Position numbers and translations under genes: made by a program. Below are positions 1 through 8,508 of a stretch of 64,000 nucleotides of DNA, piece after piece. Each line of letters opens with the position of its first letter. Position 1 is the first letter of the stretch. A model generated the notes under the pieces. That model ran no database searches. It was not told the DNA's origin and worked only from the letters and a program-made list of their open reading frames with translations. The DNA lies in the sequence record ON528742; one strand, written 5' to 3'. This DNA is from Shigella phage ESh32.

Positions 1-456
1 TTTATCACTGAAGCAGCTATTAATTCTCAAATTATTGCTGAATCTTTTACTGATCTTTTGAAATTTAAAAAAGGTCAAAAAATTACTGCTGTATTGGATG
101 ATGGTACAGAAGTTGAGATGGATGTACAGGGATATAATTATGCAGTAGATGGAAAATTGTATAATAAATCTCATGCTAAATTTGATTCATTTGACGACTT
201 TGTTAATGCAGTTGAAGATGAAAAAACTCGTCGATCCATTGCAACTGGTGATGCTAAGGTTCTTATGGCACATGGTCATGAACGCATTCGCGCTAAACAG
301 AATAAAATGGGTGAAGATAATTTTGCATTAGTTGGTTATCAATCTGGTAAACAAACCTATGGTTATCAGCGTACTGCTACCATGTATAATAAAAATGGTA
401 AAATTGCCTTTGTGAATAGTAAGGGTTCTATTCAGTACGTTAAATCGTTCAAATAA
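1..456 (+). CDS. hypothetical protein, 5'-truncated by window edge
   Basis: frame open from position 1 to stop at 454-456; track ORF 58..456 starts at a TTG inside the same frame. Confidence 0.45.
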   Translation, partial: FITEAAINSQIIAESFTDLLKFKKGQKITAVLDDGTEVEMDVQGYNYAVDGKLYNKSHAKFDSFDDFVNAVEDEKTRRSIATGDAKVLMAHGHERIRAKQNKMGEDNFALVGYQSGKQTYGYQRTATMYNKNGKIAFVNSKGSIQYVKSFK

Positions 457-597
457 TATGGGAACAACCTGGACCTCATGATTCTGTGAGGGATTCCCGC
501 CAACCTGTAATAAGGTCGAGCCCAAGTGCGGTAATGGGTAAATACAGAAATGGACAATTCATGCGCCACGGAATGGCCCAAACTTAGAGAGAATAAA

Positions 598-1137
598 ATG
601 AGAACATTTTTAACTGGTCCTTATCTATCCCTGATGAATGCTTTTACACACCATTCTGATGCTAGAGTAGAAGAAATTTGTAAAAACGAATATATCCCGC
701 CATTTGAAGAATTACTTAAACAGTATTGCACACTTCGACTAGATGGTGGACGTCAATCCGGTAAATCAATTGCTGTGACTAACTTTGCTGCTAATTGGTT
801 GTATGATGGCGGAACAGTTATCGTTCTTTCTAATACTTCAGCTTACGCTAAAATTTCTGCAAATAACATTAAAAAGGAATTTTCGCGTTATTCTAATGAT
901 GATATACGTTTTCGTTTATTTACTGATTCTGTGCGCAGTTTTATTGGTAATAAAGGAAGCAAGTTCAGAGGTTTATCGCTTTCGCGAATTTTGTATATAA
1001 TTGATGAGCCTGTCAAATCTCCTGATATGGATAAGATTTATAGTGTCCATATTGAGACTGTACACTACTGCTGTAATAGTAAATGTTGTATTGGTGGTAT
1101 TACTCGTCCACAGTTTTTCGTAATCGGAATGCAATGA
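598..1137 (+). CDS. small P-loop NTPase-like protein
   Basis: Walker A-like GGRQSGKS and Walker B-like ILYIIDEP in ORF 550..1137; ATG at 598 (17th codon) chosen for spacing to purine-rich stretch. Confidence 0.5.
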   Translation: MRTFLTGPYLSLMNAFTHHSDARVEEICKNEYIPPFEELLKQYCTLRLDGGRQSGKSIAVTNFAANWLYDGGTVIVLSNTSAYAKISANNIKKEFSRYSNDDIRFRLFTDSVRSFIGNKGSKFRGLSLSRILYIIDEPVKSPDMDKIYSVHIETVHYCCNSKCCIGGITRPQFFVIGMQ

Positions 1138-1463
1138 TGACAGACACTCAGCTTTTCGAATATCTTTATTTTTCGCCAAAAACTATTAAAAATAAATTGG
1201 TGAATCATTTTGAAATTTTGGCAAATAACAACGTCTTGAGCGAATTTTATCCTAAGAAATACAAATTACAAAAAGGCGTATTCAAAGGATGCAGAGTTTT
1301 ATGTACTGCTCCTAATGCAAGATTAATGAATAAAATTCCATATTTTACCATGGAATTTATTGATGGACCTTTTAAAGGACTAATCACCCAAAGTTTAATG
1401 GCATATGATTCTGAGCCATTTTTAATTAAAGAACAATCTTGGATAAATTTATTTTCTAATTGA
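1134..1463 (+). CDS. hypothetical protein
   Basis: ORF 1083..1463; internal ATG at 1134 overlaps upstream stop (ATGATGA junction). Confidence 0.5.
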   Translation: MMTDTQLFEYLYFSPKTIKNKLVNHFEILANNNVLSEFYPKKYKLQKGVFKGCRVLCTAPNARLMNKIPYFTMEFIDGPFKGLITQSLMAYDSEPFLIKEQSWINLFSN

Positions 1464-1469
1464 GGTTAT

Positions 1470-1832
1470 ATGAAAGCATATCAAATTCTTGAAGGCACAC
1501 ATAAAGGTACTATTTATTTTGAAGATGGTATTCAAGCACGAATTATTGTTTCTAAAACCTTTAAAGAGGACTCTTTTGTAGACCCAGAAATTTTCTACGG
1601 TTTGCACACCCGTGAAATTGAAATTGAATCACAGCCTACAGTTAAAATTGAAGGTGGTCAACACCTGAACGTAAACGTTCTGCGTCGTGAAACTCTGGAA
1701 GATGCAGTTAAGCATCCGGAAAAATATCCGCAGCTGACCATCCGTGTATCCGGATATGCAGTTCGCTTTAACTCTCTGACTCCGGAACAGCAGCGCGACG
1801 TTATCGCTCGTACCTTTACTGAGAGTTTGTAA
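1470..1832 (+). CDS. grcA: autonomous glycyl radical cofactor GrcA (YfiD)-like protein
   Basis: C-terminus [60 protein letters not shown] with RVSGY glycyl-radical motif; GAGG RBS upstream. Confidence 0.75.
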   Translation: MKAYQILEGTHKGTIYFEDGIQARIIVSKTFKEDSFVDPEIFYGLHTREIEIESQPTVKIEGGQHLNVNVLRRETLEDAVKHPEKYPQLTIRVSGYAVRFNSLTPEQQRDVIARTFTESL

Positions 1833-2053
1833 TGGCAAAGATAATTATTGAAGGTTCTAAAGATGTGCTAAATGCTTTCGCCGAGTGGTTTAGTAATTCA
1901 GGCGAACAGCAATTTAACGAAGCCTGGAATATGGGTGATATTGATGGAATTTATCCTACGACAGAAATTTCTGTTCAAGGATATGGCATTCATGAACCTA
2001 TTCGTTTAGTTGAATATGATTTATGTACTGGTGAGGAAGTCAAATATGATTGA
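1832..2053 (+). CDS. hypothetical protein
   Basis: 73-codon ORF; ATG overlaps upstream stop (TAATG). Confidence 0.5.
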   Translation: MAKIIIEGSKDVLNAFAEWFSNSGEQQFNEAWNMGDIDGIYPTTEISVQGYGIHEPIRLVEYDLCTGEEVKYD

Positions 2054-2312
2054 AGACATTAAAGGTTATAAGCCGCATACTGAAGAGAAAATCGGTAAAG
2101 TGAATGCTATCAAAGACGCTGAAGTTCGTTTAGGACTTATCTTTGATGCTTTATACGATGAATTTTGGGAAGCATTTGATAGCTGTGAAGACTATGAACT
2201 CGCGAAGAATTATGCTGAAAGCCTCGATCAGTTAACTATTGCTAAAACGAAACTCAAAGAAGCCAGTATGTGGGCTTGTCGTGCAGTGTTCCAACCAGAG
2301 GAAAAATACTAA
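2046..2312 (+). CDS. hypothetical protein
   Basis: ORF 2010..2312; ATG at 2046 preceded by GAGG. Confidence 0.5.
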   Translation: MIEDIKGYKPHTEEKIGKVNAIKDAEVRLGLIFDALYDEFWEAFDSCEDYELAKNYAESLDQLTIAKTKLKEASMWACRAVFQPEEKY

Positions 2313-2590
2313 TGGCTCAATTAAGTGCAGGGTTTGGTTATGAGTATTATACTGCACCTCGTCGTGTATCTGCCGCTCCTAAGAAAATTCAAAGTCTTGA
2401 TGACTTCCAGGAAGTAGTCCGTAAAGCTTTTCAGGACTATGCACGTTATCTTAAAGAAGATTCACAGGACTGTCTCGAAGAAGATGAAATTGCTTACTAT
2501 GAGCAGCGTCTTGAACAGCTTAAAAACTTACATGAGGTTCGTGCAGAAGTTTCAAAGTCTATGAATAAATTGATTAGATTTAAAGAATAA
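2312..2590 (+). CDS. hypothetical protein
   Basis: ORF 2270..2590; ATG at 2312 overlaps upstream stop. Confidence 0.5.
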   Translation: MAQLSAGFGYEYYTAPRRVSAAPKKIQSLDDFQEVVRKAFQDYARYLKEDSQDCLEEDEIAYYEQRLEQLKNLHEVRAEVSKSMNKLIRFKE

Positions 2591-2592
2591 CT

Positions 2593-2622
2593 GTTTACTT
2601 TTCCTCTTGACTGTGGTATAAT
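2593..2622 (+). promoter_or_regulatory. T4-type early promoter (GTTTAC -35, TATAAT -10, 18-nt spacer)
   Basis: ctgtttac...ctgtggtataat immediately upstream of regB. Confidence 0.6.
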
Positions 2623-2649
2623 TTTTCTATCAGTTAAGAGGAGAACAAC

Positions 2650-3111
2650 ATGACTATCAATACAGAAGTTTTTATCCGTCGAAATAAGCTTCGTCGTCAC
2701 TTTGAGTCGGAGTTTCGTCAAATTAACAATGAGATTCGTGAAGCATCAAAAGCAGCAGGAGTCTCATCGTTTCATCTAAAATATTCTCAACATCTTCTTG
2801 ATCGTGCAATTCAACGGGAGATTGATGAGACATATGTTTTTGAATTATTCCATAAAATAAAAGACCATGTTTTAGAAGTTAATGAATTCCTGAGTATGCC
2901 TCCGCGTCCTGACATTGACGAGGATTTTATTGATGGGGTTGAATATCGTCCTGGACGTTTAGAAATCACAGATGGAAATCTTTGGCTTGGATTTACGGTT
3001 TGTAAACCTAATGAGAAGTTCAAAGACCCGTCACTTCAATGTAGGATGGCAATTATCAACAGTCGTCGTTTACCAGGAAAGGCTTCTAAAGCAGTAATTA
3101 AAACTCAATGA
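2650..3111 (+). CDS. regB: RegB site-specific endoribonuclease
   Basis: 153-aa ORF matches remembered T4 RegB (MTINTEVFIRRNKLRRHFESEFRQ...); AAGAGGAG RBS. Confidence 0.8.
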   Translation: MTINTEVFIRRNKLRRHFESEFRQINNEIREASKAAGVSSFHLKYSQHLLDRAIQREIDETYVFELFHKIKDHVLEVNEFLSMPPRPDIDEDFIDGVEYRPGRLEITDGNLWLGFTVCKPNEKFKDPSLQCRMAIINSRRLPGKASKAVIKTQ

Positions 3112-3118
3112 GGTAAGC

Positions 3119-3664
3119 ATGAGAAAAGCACTACTCGCTGGTCTATTGGCCATTTCAATGATGGCACATAGCTCCGAGCATACTTTCAGTAATGTCCAAC
3201 TCGATAACATGCGTTACGCGTATCAATTCGGGGAACAATTTTCTAAGGATGGAAAATATAAAACACACAAAAATATCCACAAGAGCGGATTAGGTCATAT
3301 AATGGCTGCTATTTTATGGCAAGAAAGCTCTGGCGGAGTTAATTTAAAATCTAAACCAAAGCATCACGCTTATGGAATGTTCCAAAATTATTTGCCTACT
3401 ATGCGAGCAAGAGTTAAGGAACTTGGTTATAATATGACCGATGCTGAAATAAAAAGAATGTTGAATAAACGGTCCAATTCAGCTTCCTGGGCGTACATTG
3501 AACTTTCTTATTGGTTAAATATACATAAGGGCGATATAAGAAAAGCAATATCCTCTTATAATTCGGGATGGAATGTTAAAGCTGGTTCTAAATATGCTTC
3601 TGAAGTCCTAGAAAAGGCTAATTACCTTAAAAATAATAAACTTTTGGAAATAGTAAATGACTAA
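3119..3664 (+). CDS. secreted lytic transglycosylase-like protein (SLT-like)
   Basis: N-terminal signal peptide MRKALLAGLLAISMMAHS; WQESSGG and YGMFQ motifs resembling SLT catalytic region. Confidence 0.55.
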   Translation: MRKALLAGLLAISMMAHSSEHTFSNVQLDNMRYAYQFGEQFSKDGKYKTHKNIHKSGLGHIMAAILWQESSGGVNLKSKPKHHAYGMFQNYLPTMRARVKELGYNMTDAEIKRMLNKRSNSASWAYIELSYWLNIHKGDIRKAISSYNSGWNVKAGSKYASEVLEKANYLKNNKLLEIVND

Positions 3665-3998
3665 AATTTTGGTTTTATGTATAGGATTAATTTCATTTTC
3701 TGCGTTAGCAGATACATCATATACTGAAATTAGAGAGTATGTAAACCGCACTGCGGCAGATTATTGTGGGAAAAATAAAGCATGCCAAGCTGAATTTGCA
3801 CAGAAATTAATATATGCATACAAAGACGGAGAAAGAGATAAATCAAGCAGATACAAAAACGATACATTATTAAAACGATATGCTAAAAAGTGGAATACCT
3901 TAGAATGTTCAGTTGCGGAGGAGAAAGATAAAGCCGCTTGTCATTCAATGGTTGACCGTTTGGTAGATTCTTATAATCGAGGATTGAGTACTAGATGA
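3657..3998 (+). CDS. hypothetical secreted protein
   Basis: 113-aa ORF with signal peptide MTKILVLCIGLISFSALA; ATG overlaps upstream stop. Confidence 0.5.
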   Translation: MTKILVLCIGLISFSALADTSYTEIREYVNRTAADYCGKNKACQAEFAQKLIYAYKDGERDKSSRYKNDTLLKRYAKKWNTLECSVAEEKDKAACHSMVDRLVDSYNRGLSTR

Positions 3999-4462
3999 TT
4001 GTAAAATATATCAAGGGCGATATTGTCGCCCTTTTCGCTGAAGGTAAAAATATTGCGCATGGATGCAATTGTTTTCATACGATGAAAGCAGGAGTCGCAG
4101 GTCAATTAACTAAAGCTTTTCCTAAAATTTTGGAAGCTGATAAATTACAGACTGAATGGGGTGATGTAACTAAACTTGGTTCTTATTCAGTTTATGAAAA
4201 ATACTTTAGGACTCATAAAGCTTACTGCTTTAATCTTTATACTCAATTTCAACCAGGGCCAAATTTTGAGTATTCCGCTTTAATGAATTGTATGTTAGAA
4301 TTAAATGAGTTTGGTGAAAATAAACTGATTAAACCTACAATCTATATGCCTAGGATTGGTGCAGGCATAGGTAAAGGGAACTGGGATATTATTGAGGGGA
4401 TTTTAGATACATATTCTTCTAAATTAGAAATTGTGATTGTTGATTGGGAACCATTATTATGA
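3995..4462 (+). CDS. macro-domain-like protein (possible ADP-ribose binding/hydrolase)
   Basis: IKGDIVALFAEGKNIAHGCNCFHTMKAGVAGQL and PRIGAGIGKGNW resemble macro-domain glycine-rich motifs. Confidence 0.5.
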   Translation: MIVKYIKGDIVALFAEGKNIAHGCNCFHTMKAGVAGQLTKAFPKILEADKLQTEWGDVTKLGSYSVYEKYFRTHKAYCFNLYTQFQPGPNFEYSALMNCMLELNEFGENKLIKPTIYMPRIGAGIGKGNWDIIEGILDTYSSKLEIVIVDWEPLL

Positions 4463-4671
4463 AAGTACATTATCCACATCCATATGACCCAAAGAATAAG
4501 GCAGTAATTATTCGTCAATGGGAACGCATTTGTCGTACTAAATGTCCAATTAATAGTCCACATGATGTAGATAAAGACTACATTGGAACATTCGTTGAAT
4601 ATACCTTTATTGATAAGAAAGGTCGTAAACAGCATGTAGAAGAATACTGCTTAAAGGTTACATGGTTATGA
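4459..4671 (+). CDS. hypothetical protein
   Basis: ORF 4444..4671; ATG at 4459 overlaps upstream TGA. Confidence 0.5.
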   Translation: MKVHYPHPYDPKNKAVIIRQWERICRTKCPINSPHDVDKDYIGTFVEYTFIDKKGRKQHVEEYCLKVTWL

Positions 4672-4874
4672 GCCAAACTAGTATTCTTAAAAATGCCCAC
4701 TGTGAAAAGTGTAAATGGCCGGTTGTTTTTGCTTTATGTAATGATGAAATGGCTTGTGGTTTCGATTATTGGTGCTATTGTTCTAATAAAGGATGCATCA
4801 ATCATAAAGGTGAAGGATTTTATTCGGGATTTTATCCTTATCCTGATTTCGTTAAAGAAGGTAAACCAAAATGA
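4662..4874 (+). CDS. cysteine-rich small protein
   Basis: 70-aa ORF with CxxC...C...CxC...C pattern. Confidence 0.5.
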   Translation: MVMSQTSILKNAHCEKCKWPVVFALCNDEMACGFDYWCYCSNKGCINHKGEGFYSGFYPYPDFVKEGKPK

Positions 4875-5044
4875 ATAGTTTTGAGTTACAATACGAAGTG
4901 TTACGTGAGCTTGATAATTTAATTGAACTCGCTGTTAATAAAGGTTTTGCCATTGGAATCGGTCAAAAAGATACTGGTCATTTAACTATGGAAATATTTA
5001 AGCAAAAGCGAATTATTTTAAAACTCCTGGAAATTAATATATGA
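4871..5044 (+). CDS. hypothetical small protein
   Basis: 57-codon ORF read from sequence (not in track); ATGA overlaps at both ends. Confidence 0.4.
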   Translation: MNSFELQYEVLRELDNLIELAVNKGFAIGIGQKDTGHLTMEIFKQKRIILKLLEINI

Positions 5045-5226
5045 GTCTGAGTAAAGAACAAAAAGATAAATTATTTGAGCTTATCCATGAACTTCTAGAT
5101 GAGCATACAGAAGCAAACACCTTTTATGATGAATACGGCCCGTTATCTCCCGAACAGCAGGAAGAATTTGCTGATCGGTTTGATAAGAAAGAAAATGAAT
5201 TAATAGCTTATGTGAATACGCTTTAA
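5041..5226 (+). CDS. hypothetical acidic small protein
   Basis: 61-aa ORF, ATG overlaps upstream stop. Confidence 0.5.
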   Translation: MSLSKEQKDKLFELIHELLDEHTEANTFYDEYGPLSPEQQEEFADRFDKKENELIAYVNTL

Positions 5227-5235
5227 GAAGGTGAT

Positions 5236-5817
5236 ATGGCGAGTTTAATTTTTACTTATGCAGCAATGAATGCTGGAAAATCTGCTTCTCTTTTGACTGC
5301 TGCGCATAATTATAAAGAGCGTGGAATGAGTGTATTAGTTCTTAAGCCTGCTATTGATACTCGCGATTCTGTCTGCGAAGTCGTTTCTCGCATTGGAATT
5401 AAACAGGAAGCGAATATTATTACAGATGATATGGATATTTTTGAGTTCTATAAATGGGCTGAAGCACAAAAAGATATTCATTGCGTATTTGTAGATGAAG
5501 CTCAGTTTTTAAAAACTGAACAGGTGCATCAATTAAGTCGAATTGTTGATACATATAATGTTCCTGTTATGGCTTATGGATTAAGGACTGATTTCGCTGG
5601 AAAATTATTTGAAGGTTCTAAAGAACTTTTAGCGATTGCAGATAAACTTATTGAACTAAAGGCAGTTTGTCATTGCGGCAAAAAAGCGATCATGACAGCT
5701 CGATTAATGGAAGATGGAACACCAGTTAAAGAAGGTAATCAAATCTGTATAGGTGATGAAATTTATGTTTCTTTGTGTAGAAAACATTGGAATGAATTAA
5801 CTAAAAAGCTCGGTTAG
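5236..5817 (+). CDS. tk: thymidine kinase
   Basis: P-loop MNAGKSASLL, 193 aa, C-terminal Cys cluster typical of type II TK; matches remembered T4 Tk. Confidence 0.9.
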   Translation: MASLIFTYAAMNAGKSASLLTAAHNYKERGMSVLVLKPAIDTRDSVCEVVSRIGIKQEANIITDDMDIFEFYKWAEAQKDIHCVFVDEAQFLKTEQVHQLSRIVDTYNVPVMAYGLRTDFAGKLFEGSKELLAIADKLIELKAVCHCGKKAIMTARLMEDGTPVKEGNQICIGDEIYVSLCRKHWNELTKKLG

Positions 5818-5826
5818 TGCAAAAGT

Positions 5827-5834
5827 TATAAATA
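5827..5834 (+). promoter_or_regulatory. possible late promoter (TATAAATA)
   Basis: exact TATAAATA about 25 nt upstream of ORF 5860. Confidence 0.35.
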
Positions 5835-5859
5835 GGTTTATCTAACTAAAGGGGTATAT

Positions 5860-6072
5860 ATGCTACAATTAACTGAAAAGCAACTTCGCAATCTTACTGT
5901 GCTTCAATTAGATGAAATTCGTAGGGAAGTTGGAAATATCATTTCAGCTTTGCGTCGAGAAGTATCACTCAACCAATCTCCGGCAGACTATACTAGATTG
6001 CGAAATTTTGAAAAATACCTTGATAAAGTTAAGGCCGTGCATCGGCATAAAGTAAATACAGGACAAAAATGA
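5860..6072 (+). CDS. hypothetical protein
   Basis: 70-aa ORF; AAAGGGG RBS. Confidence 0.5.
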
Positions 6073-6084
6073 TAGGAGGCCTTT

Positions 6085-6378
6085 ATGGCCTTAAAAGCAA
6101 CGGCACTATTTGCCATGCTAGGATTGTCATTTGCTTTATCTCCATCGATTGAAGCGAATGTCGATCCTCATTTTGATAAATTTATGGAATCTGGTATTAG
6201 ACATGTTTATATGCTTTTTGAAAATAAAAGCGTAGAATCATCTGAACAGTTCTATAGTTTTATGAGAACGACCTATAAAAATGACCCGTGCTCTTCTGAT
6301 TTTGAATGTATAGAACGAGGCGCGGAGATGGCACAATCATACGCTAGAATTATGAACATTAAATTGGAGACTGAATGA
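6085..6378 (+). CDS. rI: lysis-inhibition regulator RI
   Basis: 97-aa ORF MALKATALFAMLGLSFALSPSIEANVDPHF... with N-terminal signal-anchor; matches remembered T4 RI. Confidence 0.8.
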   Translation: MALKATALFAMLGLSFALSPSIEANVDPHFDKFMESGIRHVYMLFENKSVESSEQFYSFMRTTYKNDPCSSDFECIERGAEMAQSYARIMNIKLETE

Positions 6379-6761
6379 AATTCAGCGACTTTTCACAAAG
6401 TGGAAAACCTTCAAAGGCAGATGAATACTTAGGTTTATTAATGGCTGCACAAGCTTATTTTCATTCTGCACATTTTGAAACTAAAAGTTATGCTAGACAC
6501 AAAGCATACGATTTTATTTTCTCCGAGTTGCCAGATTTGATTGATAAATTTGGTGAGCAATATTTGGGGTATTCTGGTAGAAAATACACGCCTTCAATTC
6601 CAGATGCCAGTAAACTTCCTACCGACACAATTAAAATGATTGATCGCATACTAGACCAATCTAACAGCATTTACAAAGAAATGCCTCCAGCCATTCAAAG
6701 CACGATAGATGATATTACTGGAATGTTTTACCAGAGTAAATATCTTCTTTCCCTCGAATAA
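6375..6761 (+). CDS. hypothetical protein (rI-adjacent)
   Basis: 128-aa ORF; ATGA overlap with rI stop. Confidence 0.55.
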
Positions 6762-6765
6762 CGTT

Positions 6766-6788
6766 AGTCTCCTTCGGGAGACTTTTTT
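6766..6788 (+). terminator. intrinsic terminator (UUCG-loop hairpin + T-tract)
   Basis: agtctccttcgggagact followed by tttttt. Confidence 0.7.
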
Positions 6789-6798
6789 CATTTTACCG

Positions 6799-6829
6799 GT
6801 TTACTTTCCGTTTGAGCTGTGATACTATA
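6799..6829 (+). promoter_or_regulatory. T4-type early promoter
   Basis: ggtttactttcc ... gatactatac; part of a cassette repeated at 47679-47771. Confidence 0.5.
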
Positions 6830-6856
6830 CAACTATCGGATAAAGAGGAGAACATC

Positions 6857-7045
6857 ATGAAAATTGAAGCACTCAATCAAGAAGGAAATATCTACGTTAT
6901 CATTAATGGTGATTTTTTCGTCGACATGGATGAAGTTACTAGTGAAGAACTTGTAGAACTTCTTAAGAAACGTTATAATATGTGTGATGAAGTTGCAACT
7001 CACATGGCGTGTGCAATATTCTCTCTGTCATATGTGGTGGAATAA
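6857..7045 (+). CDS. hypothetical small protein
   Basis: ORF 6812..7045; ATG at 6857 preceded by AAGAGGAG. Confidence 0.5.
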
Positions 7046-7248
7046 TGATTAGTATAGAGCAAGCAGATAAAATCAAGGAATTAGTGGCTTCAATTCGTAA
7101 AGCAGATGAAGAGCTGATTGACTTTGCTTGGTATTCATCGGGTATTTCGAATAAAGGCATTAAAGACTTTGAAACTAAAGTGGATAATGCTTTAGAAGCG
7201 TTAGATATGTTTCTTGATGAAATTATCGATCATAATACGAGAGTTTAA
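7045..7248 (+). CDS. hypothetical small helical protein (tandem family member)
   Basis: ORF 7009..7248; ATG at 7045. Confidence 0.5.
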   Translation: MISIEQADKIKELVASIRKADEELIDFAWYSSGISNKGIKDFETKVDNALEALDMFLDEIIDHNTRV

Positions 7249-7250
7249 GT

Positions 7251-7445
7251 ATGCTAACACGTGAACAGTTTGAAAAAATCATTAAATTAGCACGTGATAT
7301 TGAAATAGATTCATACCAATTAGCAGTTGAGCATTGTGAAGGATATTCATACGACGGTATAGAAGCAGCTAAAAGAGATTTGGATAAATCCAAAGCTAAG
7401 TTAGTTCAATATCTTGAAATGATTAGGTGGAATAATGAAAACTGA
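7251..7445 (+). CDS. hypothetical small helical protein (tandem family member)
   Basis: 64-aa ORF MLTREQFEKIIKLARD... Confidence 0.5.
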   Translation: MLTREQFEKIIKLARDIEIDSYQLAVEHCEGYSYDGIEAAKRDLDKSKAKLVQYLEMIRWNNEN

Positions 7446-7608
7446 AAAGCAGATGTTTTTAATGAAGCTAATTGAAGAATATGCTAATGCAGTTTCTGAC
7501 TATGAGTATTCTGCTCGGGAAAGAGGTACGGCTTTCGCTAAAGAAGAATTGAAAATCATGGTTGATGCTCATACAAAGCTTCAGAATTTTATCGAAAACG
7601 TCATTTAA
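7435..7608 (+). CDS. hypothetical small helical protein (tandem family member)
   Basis: 57-codon ORF read from sequence: MKTEKQMFLMKLIEEYANAV... Confidence 0.4.
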   Translation: MKTEKQMFLMKLIEEYANAVSDYEYSARERGTAFAKEELKIMVDAHTKLQNFIENVI

Positions 7609-7610
7609 TG

Positions 7611-7640
7611 GTTTACAAGTTGGCAAGGTTATGGTATAGT
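7611..7640 (+). promoter_or_regulatory. T4-type early promoter
   Basis: gtttacaagttggcaaggttatggtatagt. Confidence 0.55.
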
Positions 7641-7668
7641 AATCTTGTCGACTGCCAAGGAGAAGAGA

Positions 7669-7773
7669 ATGAAAGTTTTGTTTGTTGTGTATGTGATGAT
7701 TCAATATAATTACCCAATGTTTACTTATAATTTGGTAAACAACATTATTGATATGATTCAGAGGAGTATGTAA
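7669..7773 (+). CDS. possible small hydrophobic peptide
   Basis: 34 codons with AAGGAG RBS after the promoter. Confidence 0.3.
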   Translation: MKVLFVVYVMIQYNYPMFTYNLVNNIIDMIQRSM

Positions 7774-7940
7774 TGACAAGTGAGCAGGCTTTTAAATTAA
7801 GAGAATTAATTGAGACGTATAGTAAAGCTGTTCATACATCAACAATTATTGATGAATCAGCTTTCTCCGGACATGCTAACAAGATTAAATACAAAACTCT
7901 TATGGAAGAAGCTAAAGTAAATCTTGATTCTTATATTTAA
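7773..7940 (+). CDS. hypothetical small helical protein (tandem family member)
   Basis: 55-codon ORF MTSEQAFKLRELIETYSKAV...; TAATG overlap. Confidence 0.4.
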   Translation: MTSEQAFKLRELIETYSKAVHTSTIIDESAFSGHANKIKYKTLMEEAKVNLDSYI

Positions 7941-7959
7941 ACTTTAATTGGTAAATAAT

Positions 7960-8502
7960 ATGAAAGCTGTAATTGAAACAACTGATTTGTTCGGTGACTT
8001 AGTTATCGAAAAACGCGGTAATGTATACGTTCTGACGCAGGAAGACGATAGTATTACTATTCTTCCTATGGAACTGGCTGCGATTTTATCTTATGCTCCC
8101 TCAGGAGTTACCGGTGTAACTAATATTACAGGTGACCTCCAAGTTCGTTTTTATCGTGGCCTTTACGGCGGTAATATTGAAACTGAATTTATGTGTCTTT
8201 CTATCAGCAATTGGGCAACATTCGTTGTCAAGGTGAAAGAATTCTTAGAATCTGAAACAGTCGAAACACCCGAAAAGGCTAAACTTCAATGGGCTAAAGA
8301 TCGCGGTGCTAACATTATTAATCCAGTAGCTGCAAATTATACTACGACTTTGGATGTCAAGACTTCTTATGAAGATGGCGATGTCGTACTTGTTCGCCAA
8401 AATGATGATTCTCGAGCACATATTGTCACATTTACCAAAGACGAAGCTATTGCGCTAAAGACTTATCTTGATTCTGTCATTCCAACTATGATTTCAAAGT
8501 GA
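7960..8502 (+). CDS. hypothetical protein (paralog of 8509..9030)
   Basis: ORF 7948..8502 (TTG at 7948); ATG at 7960; C-terminus ...EAIALKTYLDSVIPTMISK. Confidence 0.55.
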   Translation: MKAVIETTDLFGDLVIEKRGNVYVLTQEDDSITILPMELAAILSYAPSGVTGVTNITGDLQVRFYRGLYGGNIETEFMCLSISNWATFVVKVKEFLESETVETPEKAKLQWAKDRGANIINPVAANYTTTLDVKTSYEDGDVVLVRQNDDSRAHIVTFTKDEAIALKTYLDSVIPTMISK

Positions 8503-8508
8503 GGAAAT

